Below, piece after piece: positions 60,265 through 64,000 of a stretch of 64,000 bases of DNA (within the stretch, counting starts at the first letter, position 1; every line of letters starts with the position of its first letter). The DNA lies in assembly GCA_964472015.1 (NCBI GenBank), contig CAYYIP010000002.1, forward strand, positions 48,977-112,976, read 5' to 3'. Source of the DNA: an uncultured Hyphomicrobiales bacterium. GTDB lineage: Bacteria; Bacteroidota; Ignavibacteria; Kapaibacteriales; UBA2268. Below the pieces are notes generated by a model. The model did no database searches. It was not told where the DNA came from and saw only the letters and a list, made by a program, of their open reading frames with translations. Made by a program: the position numbers and the translations under genes.

Positions 60265-62466
60265 TTAATATAAAAACTCATTTCTATGAATACTGTATTT
60301 TTCACAATAATTTTCAACTATTTCTAAAACATCATTTCCATATTTTTCTATTTTATTTCTTCCTATACCATTTATTTTTAATAATTGTTCTTTATTATTA
60401 GGTAAGTTTTTTGATATTTCTTTTAATGCTTTATTTGGAAATATAGAATATAAATATCGTTTGTTTTCTTCTTTTGCTTTTTGTATACGCCATTGAATTA
60501 AATTATAATATAACTCATAATTTTCTATACTATTGTAACTTTTATATTTTGATTTATTGAATTTAGATATGAATTTATTTTCGGTATCATTTAATGTACG
60601 TATATATTTTAATATATCAAATCCATCAGACGATATTTGTAATGTATTTATTTTTTGTAATAATAATAGTTCTAAATTTCTTAATAGATTTGAAATTTTT
60701 TCATCAATTTTAGTATTTTCACATATAAAAATAGCATCTTGCAAGTTATCTATAAATATATTTTGAATTTGTTGTACGTAATAATTACAGGCTTTTTTTA
60801 TTCTATCTTGTAAAAAACAATCATTGTATTCTTCTATATTTTTTTGTAATATTCTTGCTAATTTATTCTTAAATATAGTACTTGTATTTGTTATATTTTT
60901 TTTCATAGAAGAATTTATTTTCTCAAGTACTTTTAAGTAATCATAATCAAAATAATTTATATTTTGATTATAAATATTATATATCTTTTTAAATGTATCT
61001 TCAATTTTATAAAAATCAAATAATTCAAATATTAATTCATTTCTATAAAATATTTTACTTTGTTGTAACGATTGTGTATCAGGATGTTTTGTATTTTTTT
61101 CAAAATTTAATATTTCTTTTGGAGTTGGTTTAATTGTTTTTGATTCTATTTTTGAAGTTAATATGAATCCATTTAAATTTCTACAACGACTTAAAGCTAC
61201 ATAAACTTGACCAGCAGTAAAAGAATGCCCAGCATCAATTATTGCTTTTTCAAAAGTTAGTCCTTGACTTTTATGAATTGTTATTGCCCATGCCAATTTT
61301 AGAGGATATTGTTCAAAAGTACCAATTATAATTTCTTCGATTTCATTTGTTTCTTCATTAATAGAATATTTTACATTATTCCAAATAACAGGTCTTACAG
61401 TTATTATTTTTTTGTTTTGTTCTAATTCATTATTACATATAACATCTATTTCATCTTCTCTTATATCAAATATCACACCTATTTTTCCATTATAATAAGA
61501 TTTTTCAAAAGAAGTATCATTTTTTATAAACATTACTTGTGCACCTTTTGCAAGATATAATATATTATTATTAGGATATATGTTTTGAGGGAAAATATCT
61601 TTTATAACTGCTTCAAATTTTTTTATTTCAGAACCTTCTTGTTTTTCGGGCAACTCTTTTAATTTAGTTGTGTTTATGTTGTCAGCAATTTTATTATATA
61701 CTGTTAATGTTATATATTTTTCTTCATTATATTCATTAGGTAAGTTTTCATAATATCTTTCATTAAGAACTTTTAATGATTCTTTTGAAATTACATTATT
61801 TCTTATTTCATTTAATATTTTTATAAATGTTAAATCTGATTGTCGATAAATATGTTTTAATTCAATTACTTTTAGTACTGTTTTTTTTAAAGCAACACTA
61901 TCAAAGAAATAAGGCGATTCATAATATTTTTCTAATATTTTTTTATCTATGTCTTTTATAATGGGAGTAAGTTGATGTAAATCACCAATCATTAATAATT
62001 GGACGCCTCCAAAAGGTTTATCGCTATTTCTATAATGTTTTAGGATAATGTCTATAGCATCCAAAATATCAGAACGAACCATACTTATTTCATCAATAAC
62101 TAAAAGTTCTAATGCACGTATCAACTTAATTTTATTTTTATTAAATTTATAATTATCTATATTTTCATAATTATTTACACTTTCATAATTATTATCTAAT
62201 TGATTAATTTGTTTTTCTTGTTTTGGAATGAAGGGCGTAAATGGTAATTGAAAAAAAGAATGTATAGTTTCACCATTTGCATTTATTGCAGCAACACCTG
62301 TTGGTGCAAGTACTATCATTTTTTTTTTACAAATTAAACGTAAATTATGTAAAAATGTTGTTTTCCCTGTACCTGCATTACCTGTTAAAAATAAATTATC
62401 ATTAGTATACTGTATAAATTGATAAGCTAATTCTAATTCATAGTTATTAAAAGGTGTTTCGTTCAT
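60265..62466 (-). CDS. PIF1/RecD-like SF1 helicase with C-terminal HRDC domain
   Basis: LTGNAGTGKTT, APTGVAA, IDEISM, FGGVQLLMIGDLHQL, AWAITIHKSQG, YVALSR; HRDC LIQWR...SIFPNKALKEI...INGIGRNKIEKYG. Confidence 0.9.
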   Translation of the reverse strand: MNETPFNNYELELAYQFIQYTNDNLFLTGNAGTGKTTFLHNLRLICKKKMIVLAPTGVAAINANGETIHSFFQLPFTPFIPKQEKQINQLDNNYESVNNYENIDNYKFNKNKIKLIRALELLVIDEISMVRSDILDAIDIILKHYRNSDKPFGGVQLLMIGDLHQLTPIIKDIDKKILEKYYESPYFFDSVALKKTVLKVIELKHIYRQSDLTFIKILNEIRNNVISKESLKVLNERYYENLPNEYNEEKYITLTVYNKIADNINTTKLKELPEKQEGSEIKKFEAVIKDIFPQNIYPNNNILYLAKGAQVMFIKNDTSFEKSYYNGKIGVIFDIREDEIDVICNNELEQNKKIITVRPVIWNNVKYSINEETNEIEEIIIGTFEQYPLKLAWAITIHKSQGLTFEKAIIDAGHSFTAGQVYVALSRCRNLNGFILTSKIESKTIKPTPKEILNFEKNTKHPDTQSLQQSKIFYRNELIFELFDFYKIEDTFKKIYNIYNQNINYFDYDYLKVLEKINSSMKKNITNTSTIFKNKLARILQKNIEEYNDCFLQDRIKKACNYYVQQIQNIFIDNLQDAIFICENTKIDEKISNLLRNLELLLLQKINTLQISSDGFDILKYIRTLNDTENKFISKFNKSKYKSYNSIENYELYYNLIQWRIQKAKEENKRYLYSIFPNKALKEISKNLPNNKEQLLKINGIGRNKIEKYGNDVLEIVENYCEKYSIHRNEFLY

Positions 62467-62563
62467 TTAGTTTCTAATTAGAATTTTTATAAAGATATTA
62501 TATTTATAGTAAATAGTACTATATTAAATAGTACAAAAATATTTAATACTTTTTTATTAAAAT

Positions 62564-63241
62564 TTATTTTTTTACAATAATTTTATATGTTTTTATATTG
62601 TTACGTAAGCAGAATTCCTCTTTATTTGTTGGTGGCCTGTTCCATTCTATATCATTTTCTATAACTTTCCATTCTAATTGATTAAATGCTTCTAATTCTT
62701 TCAAATGATAATTATGTACTTCTATTAAATCTGTAGCAAGATATAATGAACCACCAGGGATTAATATTCTATTTATTTCACTTAAAAATTTTTGATTAAA
62801 AGCTCGACGTCGTATATGCTTTGTTTTTATCCACGGGTCAGGAAATAAATAATAAACTTCATTAATAGAATTTTCTTTTAAAAATCGTAATCCATTAGCA
62901 ACACAATATCGTAAGACTCGACAATTATCTATATTTTCACTTTTTGTATAATTATCTAACCAAATACAACACCAATCTCTTACTTCTAGTCCTAATATAT
63001 TTTTATTTGGGAAAATATCTTCTGCAAGTCTTAATAAGAAAAGTCCACGACCACAACCTATATCTAATATATTTGGGGGATTGCCATTTTTAAATATATC
63101 ATTCCAGTTTATATTATCATATAATGGTGGATAAAATTTAGGAACAATTTTTAATTCTTTTAAAGGTAAATAAAAGTTTGGAGATGTATGATGACGTGTT
63201 CGCGGAGGTAAAGGGTATTTATTAAAATCTATTACTTTCAT
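62564..63241 (-). CDS. trmB: tRNA (guanine46-N7)-methyltransferase
   Basis: LDIGCGRGLFL, LGLEVR, YLFPDPWIKTKHIRRR, LYLATD, TNKE. Confidence 0.9.
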   Translation of the reverse strand: MKVIDFNKYPLPPRTRHHTSPNFYLPLKELKIVPKFYPPLYDNINWNDIFKNGNPPNILDIGCGRGLFLLRLAEDIFPNKNILGLEVRDWCCIWLDNYTKSENIDNCRVLRYCVANGLRFLKENSINEVYYLFPDPWIKTKHIRRRAFNQKFLSEINRILIPGGSLYLATDLIEVHNYHLKELEAFNQLEWKVIENDIEWNRPPTNKEEFCLRNNIKTYKIIVKK

Positions 63242-63313
63242 TATTTTTTTATTTTTCTATATTTATTAAAAATATATTTAATAATATCAAATTTAAATAA
63301 TAATTCAAATTCT

Positions 63314-63802
63314 TTATTTATTAATTCCTACATTTACTTTTATTAAATTTGGAAAAGATTCTAATAAATTTTTAGATGACATTTCTAATATAAAACCTTG
63401 CTTACCACCATTTATATATATTTTATCTAACGATAAAATTGTTTCTTCAACATAAATAGGTAATATCTTTCGTGTTCCAAAAGGACTAGTACCTCCAAAA
63501 TTATATCCTGTTGCTTTAGTTGCAACATTTTCATTGCATTGAGAAATAGATTTCGTGTTTAAAAAACGTGATAGTTCTTTTGTTGATACTTCTAAAGTTC
63601 CATGCATTAATACTATTAATTCACCTTTTTCTGATTGAAAAACTAATGTTTTTATTACATTATATTCATCTATGTTTAACTCTTTCGCAGTTTGTTTAGT
63701 ACCTCCCTTTGCCTCATATTCATATATGTGAGGTATATATTCAAGTTTTTTACTTTTCAAAAAACGTATAGCAGATGTTACTGGGAAATTAATTTTTGCC
63801 AT
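63314..63802 (-). CDS. ybaK: Cys-tRNA(Pro) deacylase YbaK/EbsC
   Basis: TSAIRFL, VIKTLV, TGYNFGGTSPFG, INGGKQG. Confidence 0.9.
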   Translation of the reverse strand: MAKINFPVTSAIRFLKSKKLEYIPHIYEYEAKGGTKQTAKELNIDEYNVIKTLVFQSEKGELIVLMHGTLEVSTKELSRFLNTKSISQCNENVATKATGYNFGGTSPFGTRKILPIYVEETILSLDKIYINGGKQGFILEMSSKNLLESFPNLIKVNVGINK

Positions 63803-63872
63803 AATATATTTTAATTTTTTATAATTATATAAATTATAGTTTTATATATAACTTATAGTAATTTATATAAAA

Positions 63873-64000
63873 TTATATATCTGTTTTATTTTCAGTACTA
63901 TTTTCAATTTTCGGTAGCATTTTTTCATCATAAACCGAAGTATCACCATAATTTTCTTTATATGGTGATTTTTGTTTTACTGTTTTTATTAATTTTTGAG
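63873..64000 (-). CDS. 3' end of an unidentified CDS running off the window end
   Basis: Open minus-strand frame QKLIKTVKQKSPYKENYGDTSVYDEKMLPKIENSTENKTDI then TAA at 63875-63873; same strand as the adjacent run. Confidence 0.5.
   Translation of the reverse strand, partial: QKLIKTVKQKSPYKENYGDTSVYDEKMLPKIENSTENKTDI

Overview
Very AT-rich chromosomal window (roughly 20-25% GC by eye, not computed), standard genetic code, densely coding with about 55 CDS. I saw no rRNA, tRNA, CRISPR array, transposase or integrase. Gene content includes type IX secretion (T9SS) C-terminal domains, a PorZ-like protein, a GWxTD protein, a long S16 and GAF-PP2C phosphatases. This points to the FCB superphylum, most likely a Kapabacteria/Ignavibacteria-like lineage (inference). 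Most genes are housekeeping (recQ, kdsA, trmD, rimM, aat, lpxB, rdgB, ruvC, yebC, mreBCD, pyrC, ffh, rpsP, fabG-acpP-fabF, dnaK, rsmD, waaA, trmB, ybaK), and the usually conserved operons are fragmented. Strongest leads: (1) a tightly packed envelope operon, giant TPR protein - outer-membrane barrel - SPOR protein - O-antigen ligase-like - PorZ-like - lpxB (23614 to 12894, minus strand); (2) a perfect 19-bp tandem duplication upstream of dnaK, each copy a TTGAC-N5-GTCAA palindrome, suggesting a heat-shock operator that is neither CIRCE nor HAIR; (3) an RsbU/RsbV/RsbW partner-switch locus with a Cys-cluster membrane protein and a beta-propeller lipoprotein but no sigma factor; (4) ffh-rpsP and rimM-trmD placed so that one ~46 kb inversion would restore the canonical operon; (5) an S41 peptidase with Thr at the catalytic Ser position. 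All product calls come from motif recognition in the translations; no database search was run.
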